Assembly: GCA_964636345.1 (NCBI GenBank)
Contig: CAZWRL010000002.1
Span: 1 to 52,880, forward strand
Direction of reading: 5' to 3'
DNA: 52,880 nucleotides
Source: an uncultured Gammaproteobacteria bacterium
GTDB lineage: Bacteria; Patescibacteriota; Patescibacteriia; Magasanikbacterales; JBBTXJ01
The notes under the pieces are model-generated. The model did no database searches. It saw only the letters and a program-made list of their open reading frames with translations, and was not told where the DNA came from. A program made the position numbers and the translations under genes. This document shows, one piece after another, positions 1 through 12,218 of the stretch. Every line of letters begins with the position of its first letter. The stretch's first letter is position 1.

Positions 1-204
1 AGTTTGGGGCGCGAGACCACCAAGCGCGATATTGATTATGTGATGAACATATTGCCGGCCGTGGTGGAACGATTGCGCGAGATTTCGCCGGTCAATTTGC
101 AATTGGATGAACAGGGGAGGCCGAAAGAAGATGAGCGAAAGCCGGTATTTGCCGCGGCGTTTGTTGGTGACGGCATGCCGCATTGGATGAGTAGGAAGCC
201 GTAA
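1..204 (+). CDS. cysteine desulfurase (NifS/IscS family), C-terminal fragment; the 5' end lies outside the window
   Basis: Frame 1 is open from base 1. SLGRETTKRDIDYVMNILPAVVERLREISP resembles the conserved C-terminal segment of class I cysteine desulfurases. The fragment sits directly upstream of the NifU/IscU scaffold gene. Confidence 0.65.
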   Translation, partial: SLGRETTKRDIDYVMNILPAVVERLREISPVNLQLDEQGRPKEDERKPVFAAAFVGDGMPHWMSRKP

Positions 205-251
205 AGCCATAGAGCTATAAAGCATTAAAGCCGTTAGTTATTTTAACTCCT

Positions 252-2066
252 ATGCCAAATCTTGTTGCAAAAAAACAAGGGAATGATGTGGTGAATGAAA
301 AAACCGGACAATCGTGGGTGTATTCGGCCATTGTGAAAGATCACTTTTTCCATCCGCGGAATTTACTGTTGGAAGAACCCGCAGAAGATGCGTTTGACGC
401 ACGCGGAACCGTGGGTAGCCCCGCATGTATTGTTCCTAAAACATTGGTGGACGGCCGTGAAGAAACAAGGGCAATCTCCGAAGCAATGATTGGCCAAGAA
501 GTTTACACCCATGACGGCCACTGCCAGGCGGTAACAAAAATTTATCGTCCGCAATATAAAAAACAATTGGTAACACTCAAAAATCAACTTGGCCAACTCA
601 CCGCAACCGCCGATCATTTGATTTACGGCCTTGTATTACCGCGAAGCGCCTCTTACTTCATGAAAACGTCAGCTAAAAAAAGAGTACCTCCCGCGTGGCA
701 TCATGCATCGGAATATAAAAAAGGTGATATCACCATGTATCCGTTACAAAAAGAAATGACGGAAGAGACGGAAATAGCCCTTCCGAAGTGTGTAAGGAAC
801 GCATGGGATTTTAGAAGCAAATCGTTACCACAGAAATTAGTACTTACTGCAGAAACTCTTGAATTATTTGGCTATTTTGTCGCGGAGGGGCATACCAAAG
901 AAGACGGAAGCGAGGTTGGTTTTACTTTTGCACAGCATGAAGGGCACTACGTGAAACGCGTACAAAAATTAATGGAAAAGTACTTTGGGATTCAAGTGTC
1001 TTATAAAGAAAGACCTTTGAATCATCGTGTTGATGTCATTGCATATAATGTTCACCTTGCTCGCCTATTTAAAACATGGTTTGGTAGGTGTGCGCAAGAA
1101 AAACAGGCGCCAGCATTTTTAATGAATCTTACTCCTGTTATTCAGGCGGGATTTATTAGGGGTGTCTGGCGTGGCGATGGTTGTGTTAACTTAAAACGCG
1201 CGTATCCTCGTGCGGAGTTTGCGACGACGTCATACAAATTATCGCAACAACTGCGCCGTCTTCTCTTACGACAAGGCATCATACCCTCTGTGTATCAAGA
1301 AAAAGAAAAGACGGTAAAGGGTGTACATCATGAAAAATCATACCGACTTCACGTGGGCGACACGACTTCGCTTGCAAAATTATGTAAATTGTTGGGTATG
1401 CCTTTCGTAAAACGAACCGGTCGAAAATCTACGCAGGAAGTTTGGATGGATGAACATTACGTTTATCTACCGGTACGAGAGGTCAATGAAACGGCGTGGA
1501 AGAGCGAACGATTATACAATTTTGAAATTGCAAATGCTCATACGTATACTACTGATGCCTTTTTGGTGCATAATTGTGGAGACGTTATGGACGTATGGAT
1601 TAAAGTTGAACCCAAAACTGAACGCCTCGTTGATTTTAAATGGAAAACTTTTGGGTGTGGTTCCGCTATTTCTGCGACATCAATGTTTTCTGTGATGCTC
1701 ATGGAAAATGGCGGCGCAACGCTGGAAGATGCGCTGAAAGTAAGGCCGCAACACATTATGGAGCGTTTAGGCGGATTGCCTAATCGGAAAATTCATTGTT
1801 CGGTGTTGGTAGATAAAGCGTTTCGCAAAGCCGTCAACACATATTTTCGCAACACGGGGCAGTATGGCCGTATTATCAATGAAACCGGCCGTGTGGTTGA
1901 CGAAAAATTAAACATCACTGACCACGATATTGAAGAGGCGGTTTTAGAAGGCGCGACCACGCTTGAGGAAGTGCAGAAAAAATTAAAAGTTGGCGTCGGC
2001 TCGCCCGAGGCGATTCCGGATATTGAACAGTTAATCAGATTTTATAGCGAGAAATATTATGGGTAA
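252..2066 (+). CDS. nifU: NifU/IscU-type Fe-S cluster scaffold protein interrupted by an intein (604-aa precursor, about 221 aa after splicing)
   Basis: Extein sequence VKDHFFHPRN...GTVGSPA / CGDVMDVWIKV...FKWKTFGCGSAISATS...KIHCSVLVDKA matches the IscU motifs (GxPACGD, GCGSAI, HCS). 383 aa are inserted between GSPA and CGD. Confidence 0.9.
   Translation: MPNLVAKKQGNDVVNEKTGQSWVYSAIVKDHFFHPRNLLLEEPAEDAFDARGTVGSPACIVPKTLVDGREETRAISEAMIGQEVYTHDGHCQAVTKIYRPQYKKQLVTLKNQLGQLTATADHLIYGLVLPRSASYFMKTSAKKRVPPAWHHASEYKKGDITMYPLQKEMTEETEIALPKCVRNAWDFRSKSLPQKLVLTAETLELFGYFVAEGHTKEDGSEVGFTFAQHEGHYVKRVQKLMEKYFGIQVSYKERPLNHRVDVIAYNVHLARLFKTWFGRCAQEKQAPAFLMNLTPVIQAGFIRGVWRGDGCVNLKRAYPRAEFATTSYKLSQQLRRLLLRQGIIPSVYQEKEKTVKGVHHEKSYRLHVGDTTSLAKLCKLLGMPFVKRTGRKSTQEVWMDEHYVYLPVREVNETAWKSERLYNFEIANAHTYTTDAFLVHNCGDVMDVWIKVEPKTERLVDFKWKTFGCGSAISATSMFSVMLMENGGATLEDALKVRPQHIMERLGGLPNRKIHCSVLVDKAFRKAVNTYFRNTGQYGRIINETGRVVDEKLNITDHDIEEAVLEGATTLEEVQKKLKVGVGSPEAIPDIEQLIRFYSEKYYG
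426..1574 (+). mobile_element. intein with LAGLIDADG homing-endonuclease domain (383 aa) inside nifU/iscU
   Basis: Starts with Cys (TGT at 426) and ends with HN (AAT at 1572-1574), followed by a +1 Cys (TGT at 1575). Block B TxxH is present (LTATADHLIYG). Two LAGLIDADG motifs are present (LFGYFVAEGHT and AGFIRGVWRGDGCV). The terminal block is NFEIANAHTYTTDAFLVHN. Confidence 0.85.
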
Positions 2067-2409
2067 ATGCAACAATTGCCATTGTTCCGGTGAAAAGGAT
2101 CATATTCAAGTGTGCGAATCCAAAACCTGCGGACCCAAGTGGAGTAGAGATATTATGAGCGAGCTTGAACGTTCTTTGGGTTTAAAAGCGGGCGAAGAAA
2201 ACAATACCGCGCGTTTGGAATACCGCGGTTGCCTGGGGTACTGCGAGGAAGCAAACAACGTGGCGGTGAATGGCAATATTCTGTCCAGCGTGATACCATC
2301 AGAGGCGGTGGCGCGTGTTGAAGAAGCGCGCAAACTCCCGCCGGGGGATTACACTAAGGGCGAGTTTAAAAATCTTAATTTGGACGATGACGCGTTTCTT
2401 GGCCTCTAG
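2059..2409 (+). CDS. thioredoxin-like [2Fe-2S] ferredoxin family protein
   Basis: Cys pattern VCESKTCGP ... GCLGYCEEANNVAV (C-x4-C ... C-x3-C) is typical of NuoE/thioredoxin-like 2Fe-2S ferredoxins. Overlaps the nifU stop by 8 nt. Confidence 0.6.
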   Translation: MGKCNNCHCSGEKDHIQVCESKTCGPKWSRDIMSELERSLGLKAGEENNTARLEYRGCLGYCEEANNVAVNGNILSSVIPSEAVARVEEARKLPPGDYTKGEFKNLNLDDDAFLGL

Positions 2410-2417
2410 TATAGTAT

Positions 2418-2699
2418 ATGCCCGATGTAAAACGAGAAAACAATCAAGATATAGGTCTTCGTAAAAAGGGAAAATATAGAAAAGTTGTTATAGACCGCGA
2501 TACGTGCATCGGCGCGGCAAGTTGCGTTGCAGTTGGACCGGGTTCGTTTCAGCTTGACGCGGAAAACAAGGCGTATCTGGTAGATCCGGAAAAATACGAT
2601 GACGCAACATTGCTCCTCGCGGCGCAATCATGTCCCGTGAACGCCATTTCCGTGTTTGATGAAGAAGGAAATCAAATTTGGCCGCCGAAACAACCATAA
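2418..2699 (+). CDS. small single-cluster ferredoxin (3Fe-4S/4Fe-4S type)
   Basis: VVIDRDTCIGAASCVAVGPGSFQLD...AAQSCPVNAISV matches the CxxxxxC...CP ferredoxin signature. Confidence 0.75.
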   Translation: MPDVKRENNQDIGLRKKGKYRKVVIDRDTCIGAASCVAVGPGSFQLDAENKAYLVDPEKYDDATLLLAAQSCPVNAISVFDEEGNQIWPPKQP

Positions 2700-2704
2700 T
2701 CACT

Positions 2705-3364
2705 ATGGCCTCGCTGTTTATTGTTGCAACGCCCATTGGTAATTTGGGGGACATCACGCTTCGGGCGCTTGAGACACTTAAAAGCGTTGATTTGATTGTT
2801 GCTGAAGACACGCGTCACACGCGGAAACTCCTCGCGCATTTCGATATTCACAAGCCCTTGCTTTCGTGCGAGGAGCATGTCACCGAAACACAGTCGCGTA
2901 AAGTACTAGCGCTTCTTGAAGAGGGAAAAAACCTCGCATTTGTTACGGACGCGGGCACACCAGCCGTGTCTGATCCGGGCGCGCGGCTCGTTGCCAAAGC
3001 CGTTGCCGCGGGGCATACTATTGTTACCGTGCCAGGAGCCTCTGCGGTGACGGCCGCGCTCTCTGTTTCCGGTTTTCCGGCAGACAATTTTGTGTTTTTT
3101 GGATTCCTGCCCCACAAAAAAGGGCGCGAAGCGTTTTTGAAAAAAGTGGCGGGCGCGAAGCGAACCGTGGTATTTTTTGAGTCAACACATCGCATCGGTA
3201 AATTATTGGAAGAATTAGAACAGTTAGTGCCACAGGATCGTCATCTCATTATTGCGCGCGAGCTGACCAAACAGTTTGAAACGATTTACCGCGGAACCAT
3301 CAAAGATATTAAGGAACAGCTTAAAGAAACGCGTGGAGAGTTTACGATTGTCATAGCCCCATGA
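2705..3364 (+). CDS. rsmI: 16S rRNA (cytidine1402-2'-O)-methyltransferase RsmI
   Basis: LFIVATPIGNLGDITLRALETLKSVDLIVAEDTRHTRKLL is a canonical RsmI N-terminus. The ATG at 2705 avoids overlap with the ferredoxin gene; the ORF is open from 2678. Confidence 0.9.
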   Translation: MASLFIVATPIGNLGDITLRALETLKSVDLIVAEDTRHTRKLLAHFDIHKPLLSCEEHVTETQSRKVLALLEEGKNLAFVTDAGTPAVSDPGARLVAKAVAAGHTIVTVPGASAVTAALSVSGFPADNFVFFGFLPHKKGREAFLKKVAGAKRTVVFFESTHRIGKLLEELEQLVPQDRHLIIARELTKQFETIYRGTIKDIKEQLKETRGEFTIVIAP

Positions 3365-4818
3365 AAAAGAAAAAATTTTATCTCACAACTCCCATTTACT
3401 ATGTAAACGATGTGCCGCACATCGGCCATTCATATTCAACCATTGTCGCGGATGTGCTGGCGCGTTATTATCGTGACCAAGGAAAAGAGGTGTTCTTTTT
3501 GGCCGGAACTGATGAAAACGCGCAAAAGAATGTGGAGTCCGCCCTGAAGAGTAATCTTGAGCGCACGACTGATACCCGCACCATGGTGCGGAAATACGTG
3601 AATACCATGTCAAAAAAATGGCAAGAAACCTGGAAAAAGTTGGACATCTCAAACGATGATTTTATCCGTACTACCGAAAAACGCCACACAAAGGCAGTTG
3701 AAAAATTTTGGGCCGCTTGTCTTGCCCGCACGGACATTTATAAAGCAACGTATGATGGTTTGTATTGCATCGGCTGTGAAGGATATGTAACCGAATCAGA
3801 TTTAATAGATGGTTTGTGCCCTCACCACAAACGCAAACCGGAAAAATTAAGCGAAGAAAACTATTTTTTTCGTCTTTCACGGTATAAAAAACCGATTTTA
3901 GAACACATAAAAAAATACCCGGAGTTTGTCCAGCCGGATTCTCGCCGTCATGAGATAATCGCGTTTTTGCGCAACCACGCGAATGATTTTTCTATCTCCC
4001 GCAAAAATCTAGCATGGGGGATACCGGTGCCGGGTGATTCATCGCAAACGGTGTATGTGTGGTTTGACGCGCTCATTAATTACATCAGCGCTATCGGTTA
4101 CAACACAAATAGAAAACAATTTAAAAAGTTGTGGCCCGCGGATATTCATATCGTCGGGAAAGATATCATCAAATTTCATTGCGTCTATTGGCCGGCCATG
4201 CTGCTCTCCGCGGGCTTACCGTTGCCAAAAACCATCTTCGCGCACGGTTTCTTCACCATAGATGGACAAAAAATCAGCAAGTCATTGGGCAATGTTGTAG
4301 ACCCACTGGCTATTGTGAAAAAATACAGTAATGATACGTTGCGGTACTATTTGTTGCGTGAAATCACCTTTGGTGAAGACGGGGATTTTTCATTTGATCG
4401 TTTGCAAAAGCGCTACGAAACCGACCTTGCCAATAATTTGGGAAATTTGCTCATGCGCGTGATTACGCTTTGCGTAAAGGGACGCTCGTTGTCAACGCCG
4501 AGACGAGGAGTCACTATGGAGCTCCCAAAAAGAATGAATAGGATGTGGCGCACCTACCATAAAGCGATGCAGAATTTGGCGTTTCACACGGCGCTTGATA
4601 GTGTGTGGAATCTTATAGCGGCCGCTAATAAACGCTTAACGGATGAAAAACCGTGGGAAAATCTTGCGTCCAAAAAAAGTGAAAAATGCGTATCAGAAAT
4701 TTTAGTTGAGCTTTTTCATGTTGCGTATCTTGTTGCGCCGTTTATGCCGGAAACGTCAGAAAAAATGCTGAAACAAATTAAAACTTTGAAAACGGAGCCG
4801 CTTTTTCCGCGGCTCTAA
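3361..4818 (+). CDS. metG: methionyl-tRNA synthetase (short form)
   Basis: HIGH-type motif (VPHIGHSYS), KMSKS-type motif (KISKSLGN) and a CxxC...CPHH zinc knuckle. ATGA overlap with rsmI. Confidence 0.95.
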   Translation: MKKKKFYLTTPIYYVNDVPHIGHSYSTIVADVLARYYRDQGKEVFFLAGTDENAQKNVESALKSNLERTTDTRTMVRKYVNTMSKKWQETWKKLDISNDDFIRTTEKRHTKAVEKFWAACLARTDIYKATYDGLYCIGCEGYVTESDLIDGLCPHHKRKPEKLSEENYFFRLSRYKKPILEHIKKYPEFVQPDSRRHEIIAFLRNHANDFSISRKNLAWGIPVPGDSSQTVYVWFDALINYISAIGYNTNRKQFKKLWPADIHIVGKDIIKFHCVYWPAMLLSAGLPLPKTIFAHGFFTIDGQKISKSLGNVVDPLAIVKKYSNDTLRYYLLREITFGEDGDFSFDRLQKRYETDLANNLGNLLMRVITLCVKGRSLSTPRRGVTMELPKRMNRMWRTYHKAMQNLAFHTALDSVWNLIAAANKRLTDEKPWENLASKKSEKCVSEILVELFHVAYLVAPFMPETSEKMLKQIKTLKTEPLFPRL

Positions 4819-4822
4819 AAGT

Positions 4823-5326
4823 ATGTCCTATTTTGATGTTGTTATTGTTTGTATCCTATTCGGTTTTACGCTGTTTGGTTTGTGGGCTGGTTTGATTCAG
4901 TCCGTTGGTTCCATTGTCGGCACCATTGCCGGCGCGTATATCGCCGGACATTATTTTCAGCCAATTGCCGCGTGGGTTATCACGCGATCCGACTGGAGTG
5001 AAAATATCGCGCGCATTGTGGTGTTTTTTCTTCTCTTTGTGGTGATCACACGCGTTGTCGGTGCGATTTTTTGGTTCGCTCAAAAATTTTTGCGGCTCAT
5101 TCCATTTGGCCGTCTCGTCAATAGAATTTCTGGGGCAATTCTTGGTTTGATTGAGGGATTAATTCTACTCGGTCTGTTTGTATATCTGGTACAAAAATTT
5201 CCGCTTGGCGAAAAACTCATGCCAGCAATTAACGCGTCGCGGGTGATTGACTGGACGGAGCCGGTAGTTCGTTTCATCGTAGAAAAATTCCCATGGCTGT
5301 TTTCTAAACTGCTGCAATTGTTATGA
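4823..5326 (+). CDS. CvpA-family membrane protein
   Basis: 167 aa with four predicted hydrophobic helices. The N-terminus (DVVIVCILFGFTLFGLWAGLI) is typical of colicin V production protein family members. Confidence 0.65.
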   Translation: MSYFDVVIVCILFGFTLFGLWAGLIQSVGSIVGTIAGAYIAGHYFQPIAAWVITRSDWSENIARIVVFFLLFVVITRVVGAIFWFAQKFLRLIPFGRLVNRISGAILGLIEGLILLGLFVYLVQKFPLGEKLMPAINASRVIDWTEPVVRFIVEKFPWLFSKLLQLL

Positions 5327-6177
5327 GTTATTTTGATACACATTGTCATCCGCAGTTTAAAGCATTTGATAATGACCGCGACGAGGTATTGTGGCGTTGC
5401 AAGGAGCGCGATATGCGCATGATAGCGGTAGGCACGCAACGAGACACAAGTCAAGCCGCTCTTGAACTTGCACAAAAAAATCCAAAATATATTTTTGTGT
5501 CCGTGGGACTGCATCCCGTGCATCTGCATCCGCGTTTTGTTGATGAACAAGAGGGGGCGTTTAAAAGCAGAGAAGAAAATTTTGATGTTGATTATTATCG
5601 CACACTCGCCCGCGCGCCTGAAGTAGTGGCAATAGGGGAGACCGGCTTGGATTTTTATCACTTGCCAAACGATGTGTCGCGCGATGTCGTTATCAAAAAA
5701 CAGCACGAAGTTTTTTTAGCGCATATCGCGCTCGCGCAAGAAATGCAAAAACCACTGATTATTCATTGTCGTGAGGCATATCGTGAACTTGCGGATGTAA
5801 TAGAGCACCAGTACGGCGCTCACACCTTGCGCGGCACCGTTCACTGCTTTACCGGAAATGAAGAAGAAGCGGAACGCTTGGTCGCACTTGGATTCTACGT
5901 CGGTTTTACCGGCGTTATAACATTTCCGCCGAAAGCAAGCAACCCGGAGGCGCACGCGCGCTTACTTGAGGCGGTACGTCGCGTGCCGTTGGAACGCCTG
6001 CTGGTAGAGACCGACGCGCCGTACCTGGCGCCCGCGGCCTATCGCGGTAAGAAATGTGAGCCGTGGATGGTAGAGGAAGTGGTCAAAAAAATCGCTGAAA
6101 TAAAAGTAATTGATGCAGTAACTGTAGAGACAGCTACCGCGGAGAATGCCACGCATCTCTTTACCTCAAAACCGTAA
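5323..6177 (+). CDS. TatD-family metal-dependent hydrolase/DNase
   Basis: FDTHCHPQF start motif, GETGLDFY, IIHCREA and ETDAPYL motifs. Confidence 0.9.
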   Translation: MSYFDTHCHPQFKAFDNDRDEVLWRCKERDMRMIAVGTQRDTSQAALELAQKNPKYIFVSVGLHPVHLHPRFVDEQEGAFKSREENFDVDYYRTLARAPEVVAIGETGLDFYHLPNDVSRDVVIKKQHEVFLAHIALAQEMQKPLIIHCREAYRELADVIEHQYGAHTLRGTVHCFTGNEEEAERLVALGFYVGFTGVITFPPKASNPEAHARLLEAVRRVPLERLLVETDAPYLAPAAYRGKKCEPWMVEEVVKKIAEIKVIDAVTVETATAENATHLFTSKP

Positions 6178-6190
6178 AAAACTTATCCCC

Positions 6191-6219
6191 TTGAAACTTT
6201 TGTCAATACCGTCTATACT
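6191..6219 (+). promoter_or_regulatory. sigma70-type promoter of the atp operon
   Basis: TTGAAA (6191-6196), a 17-nt spacer, then TATACT (6214-6219). The ATG of atpZ lies 11 nt downstream, so the leader is very short. Confidence 0.6.
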
Positions 6220-6230
6220 AGGTGCGCTTT

Positions 6231-6461
6231 ATGAACGACCGCCGTTATTGGCTTTTTGGACTGCGCATAGCCGGTGATTTTGGCATAACTCTGGCACTTC
6301 CCGTTGTGATTTTGGCGTATTTTGGCAAGCGTTTAGATACTCGTTTTGATACCGCCCCATGGTTACTGATTGCTGGATTTGCATCGGCCGCTCTTACGTC
6401 AGGCATACTTATCTATCGTAAAGCAAAACGCTACGGCAAAGAGTATCAGCAGTTAAAATAA
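6231..6461 (+). CDS. AtpZ/AtpI-family small membrane protein of the ATP synthase operon
   Basis: 76 aa, two transmembrane helices, first gene of the atp operon. The ORF is also open from a GTG at 6222. Confidence 0.6.
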   Translation: MNDRRYWLFGLRIAGDFGITLALPVVILAYFGKRLDTRFDTAPWLLIAGFASAALTSGILIYRKAKRYGKEYQQLK

Positions 6462-6462
6462 T

Positions 6463-7248
6463 ATGGTGCTTCCCCCACTTGCGGCCGAATCACTATTTAA
6501 TCTTGGGTCACTCCCTGTCACGAACGCGATGATTAACGCGTGGGTTGCGCTTGCGTTTTTTGTAGGCATTGCCGGAACACTTCGCGCGCGAATTACGCGC
6601 ATGCCGCGTGGTTTACAAAACGTAGCTGAATGGCTCCTTGAACGTTTGCTGGAATTTTTTGACCAAGTGACGAACGATCGCGCGAAATCAGAACGCTTCT
6701 TGCCGTTTGTTGGGACGCTTTTTTTCTTCATTCTGTTTTCAAACTGGATTGGCATTTTGCCGGGGATTGGATCAATTGGCATGTGGCTCCGTGTGCATGG
6801 CGAAATAGAATTGGTTCCGCTCTTTCGTCCCGCCAACAGTGATCTCAACATGACACTTGCGATGGGCGTGCTTGCCGTGACACTCTCGCACGTTTTTGGC
6901 ATCGTTACCATTGGTTTTTTCAAACACACCGGTAAATTCATCCAACTCGGGCATATTTTTCACAGTATTAAAAAGGGGCCCATGGCAATCTTTACGGCGC
7001 TGATTGAATTTTTCGTGGGGCTTCTTGAAATTATCAGCGAAATTGCTAAAATGGTATCTCTCTCGCTTCGGTTGTTTGGGAATATTTTTGCGGGCGAGGT
7101 CTTATTGACCGTGATGGCCGGTTTGATCGCTGTGCTAGTTCCCGTGCCATTTATGGCGCTTGAATTAATTGTTGGGTTGATTCAGGCGATGGTTTTTGCT
7201 ATGCTAACTCTCGTTTATTTAACCGTGGCGACATCAGAGCCACATTAA
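6463..7248 (+). CDS. atpB: F0F1 ATP synthase subunit a
   Basis: LSLRLFGNIFAGEVLL motif containing the essential Arg; multi-pass membrane protein. Confidence 0.93.
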   Translation: MVLPPLAAESLFNLGSLPVTNAMINAWVALAFFVGIAGTLRARITRMPRGLQNVAEWLLERLLEFFDQVTNDRAKSERFLPFVGTLFFFILFSNWIGILPGIGSIGMWLRVHGEIELVPLFRPANSDLNMTLAMGVLAVTLSHVFGIVTIGFFKHTGKFIQLGHIFHSIKKGPMAIFTALIEFFVGLLEIISEIAKMVSLSLRLFGNIFAGEVLLTVMAGLIAVLVPVPFMALELIVGLIQAMVFAMLTLVYLTVATSEPH

Positions 7249-7255
7249 CGTATAG

Positions 7256-7486
<231 letters not shown>

Positions 7487-7492
7487 GAAGGT

Positions 7493-8044
7493 ATGCTTAT
7501 AGAGATCGTCCACGCGGCAACAGAAGCAGTGGGTGAAACCGGGGCGGCAACCGGTCCTATTGGAACCCTCGGCATTAACCTCAAACTGTTCATCGCGCAG
7601 CTCATTAACTTCGCGGTGATTCTTCTTGTGTTGTGGCGATGGGCGTATCGGCCACTTTTGCGCATTATGCATGAACGGCAAAAAACGATTGCGGAAGGGC
7701 TGGATAACGCCAAAAAAATTGAAACGCGTCTTGGAGAAACCGAGCAGGAGTATCGTACAAAAATCAACGCGGCAAAAAAAGAAGCCATTGCTATTATTGA
7801 GCAGGGGAAAACGGACGCGGCCGCGCGTGCGGCAACCATGAAAAAGAAAGCTGAAGAAGATATGCAGGCGCTTCTTGCATCCGCGCGTGCGCACATTAAC
7901 GCGGAAAAAGATGCATCCCTGCGCGCGGTGCGAGAACATGCCGCGGCGCTTATTACGGAAACGGTGCGGCGTGTGGTTTCGGAAAAAATGAGCACGAAAG
8001 AAAATGAAGAGTTTATCCGTTCCGTGTTGAAAAAAGAGGTATGA
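7493..8044 (+). CDS. atpF: F0F1 ATP synthase subunit b
   Basis: One N-terminal transmembrane helix followed by a long charged Ala/Lys/Glu-rich helix; correct operon position. Confidence 0.85.
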   Translation: MLIEIVHAATEAVGETGAATGPIGTLGINLKLFIAQLINFAVILLVLWRWAYRPLLRIMHERQKTIAEGLDNAKKIETRLGETEQEYRTKINAAKKEAIAIIEQGKTDAAARAATMKKKAEEDMQALLASARAHINAEKDASLRAVREHAAALITETVRRVVSEKMSTKENEEFIRSVLKKEV

Positions 8045-8436
8045 AAAATAAAGTGACCGATACTGAACTCGCACGTGCGCTCTGGCAGATAACGCGCGAC
8101 ACAACAGAAGAAGATCTCGCGGAACGCGTGCGGGTATTTGTGGAATATTTACACAGGTACGCGATGCTCCATCGTGGAGAGCGTATTGCGGCCTGTTTTC
8201 CTGATGTGGCGCGGAGATGTGAAGGTGCCGCGGAGATCGTTCTGGAAAGCGCGCAACCGATAGCAAAGGCCTTGATTGCTGACATACAACAGACCTTGTC
8301 CTGTGCCGATGCCACCGTTATCGTAAAAGAAAATCCCGCTATTGCTGGCGGCGTCATCGCGCGCGTGAACGATGTGGTATATGATATGAGCGTCATCGCG
8401 CAACTGCAACGTTTAACAGCGCACATGATTGCCTAA
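8041..8436 (+). CDS. atpH: F0F1 ATP synthase subunit delta (short, 131 aa)
   Basis: The C-terminal OSCP-like segment ([27 protein letters not shown]) and operon position support the call. The N-terminal domain is about 45 aa shorter than typical delta subunits. Confidence 0.75.
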   Translation: MKNKVTDTELARALWQITRDTTEEDLAERVRVFVEYLHRYAMLHRGERIAACFPDVARRCEGAAEIVLESAQPIAKALIADIQQTLSCADATVIVKENPAIAGGVIARVNDVVYDMSVIAQLQRLTAHMIA

Positions 8437-8447
8437 CGAATCACCGT

Positions 8448-9944
8448 ATGCAAACCAACATGATCGTAGAACATCTTGAAAAACAATTGGCTGCCTTTAA
8501 AAAGGAAGTTGTTGTTGCTGAAATTGGAACGGTGCGGGAGGTGGGCGACGGCATTGCGCGCATGAGCGGCCTTGCGCGTTGTCAGGCATCGGAAATGTTG
8601 GAATTTCCCGGCGGTATCATGGGTGTGGCGCTCAATCTGGAAGAAGAAACGGTCGGCGCCATGATTTTAGGCGATTATTCCGGTATTAAAGAAGGGGATA
8701 CCGTCAAACGCACGGGTCGCATTTTATCCGTGCCGGTTGGTGACGAACTCGTTGGTCGCGTCGTGAACCCGCTTGGTGAGGCGATTGACGGCAAGGGCAC
8801 GTTAAAAACAAAAGAATTTTATCCGGTTGAAAAAATTGCGCCGGGTGTTATGAAACGACAACCGGTTAATCAGCCGGTGCAAACGGGCATTAAAGCAATT
8901 GACGCCATGATCCCGATTGGCCGCGGACAACGTGAGCTTATTATCGGCGATCGCCAAACCGGAAAAACCGCCGTCGCGATTGATACCATTATTAATCAAA
9001 AAGGGCAGGACATGATTTGTGTTTATGTTGCCATCGGACAGAAGGAATCCAAAGTTGCGCGTATGGTGGCGAAATTGGAGGAGGCCGGTGCTATGGCGTA
9101 CACGATTGTGGTCGTGGCAGGCGCGTCTGATCCGGCGTCCCTTTCCTTTATTGCGCCCTATGCCGGATGCGCCATGGGAGAATTTTTCATGGATAAAGGC
9201 AAGGATGCGTTGATTGTTTTTGACGATCTTTCAAAACAAGCGTGGGCGTATCGCGAAATTTCGCTTCTGCTCCGTCGTCCGCCCGGCCGCGAGGCATACC
9301 CGGGAGATGTCTTTTACTTGCATTCTCGTTTGCTTGAACGCGCCGCAAAATTGAATAAAGAAAACGGTGGCGGTTCAATGACGGCTTTGCCGATTATTGA
9401 AACGCAGGCCGGTGATGTATCGGCGTATATTCCTACGAACGTCATTTCAATTACTGATGGACAGATTTATCTGGAAACGGATTTATTTTATCGCGGTATT
9501 CGTCCGGCGTTGAACGTTGGGCTTTCCGTATCGCGCGTTGGCGGCGCGGCGCAAACAAAAATCATGAAAAAAGTTGCGGGTAAATTGCGTTTGCAACTCG
9601 CGCAATTCAGAGAACTTGAAGCATTCGCGCAATTTGCCACCGATCTTGATCCCCAAACGCGCGAGCAAATTGAACGCGGACGACGTACGGTTGAGGTGTT
9701 AAAGCAAAAACAGTACGACACTATGAATGTGGCACAGCAAGTGTGTATTTTATACGCCGTGACCAATGGTTATTTGGATGATGTGCCGGCACCGGAAGTA
9801 GGCGAGTGGGAGCAAAAATTTCATCAGTATCTTGATACCGCACAGGAAAAATTGCTTGATTTGATTCGCGAAAAGCAAGAACTGACGGAAGATGTTGAAA
9901 CCGCGATGAAGAAAGCGATTGAAGATTTTAAGAGTGCGCTTTAA
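8448..9944 (+). CDS. atpA: F0F1 ATP synthase subunit alpha
   Basis: Walker A GDRQTGKT, plus conserved blocks [45 protein letters not shown]. Confidence 0.97.
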   Translation: MQTNMIVEHLEKQLAAFKKEVVVAEIGTVREVGDGIARMSGLARCQASEMLEFPGGIMGVALNLEEETVGAMILGDYSGIKEGDTVKRTGRILSVPVGDELVGRVVNPLGEAIDGKGTLKTKEFYPVEKIAPGVMKRQPVNQPVQTGIKAIDAMIPIGRGQRELIIGDRQTGKTAVAIDTIINQKGQDMICVYVAIGQKESKVARMVAKLEEAGAMAYTIVVVAGASDPASLSFIAPYAGCAMGEFFMDKGKDALIVFDDLSKQAWAYREISLLLRRPPGREAYPGDVFYLHSRLLERAAKLNKENGGGSMTALPIIETQAGDVSAYIPTNVISITDGQIYLETDLFYRGIRPALNVGLSVSRVGGAAQTKIMKKVAGKLRLQLAQFRELEAFAQFATDLDPQTREQIERGRRTVEVLKQKQYDTMNVAQQVCILYAVTNGYLDDVPAPEVGEWEQKFHQYLDTAQEKLLDLIREKQELTEDVETAMKKAIEDFKSAL

Positions 9945-9945
9945 T

Positions 9946-12212
<2,267 letters not shown>

Positions 12213-12218
12213 TCGTGT

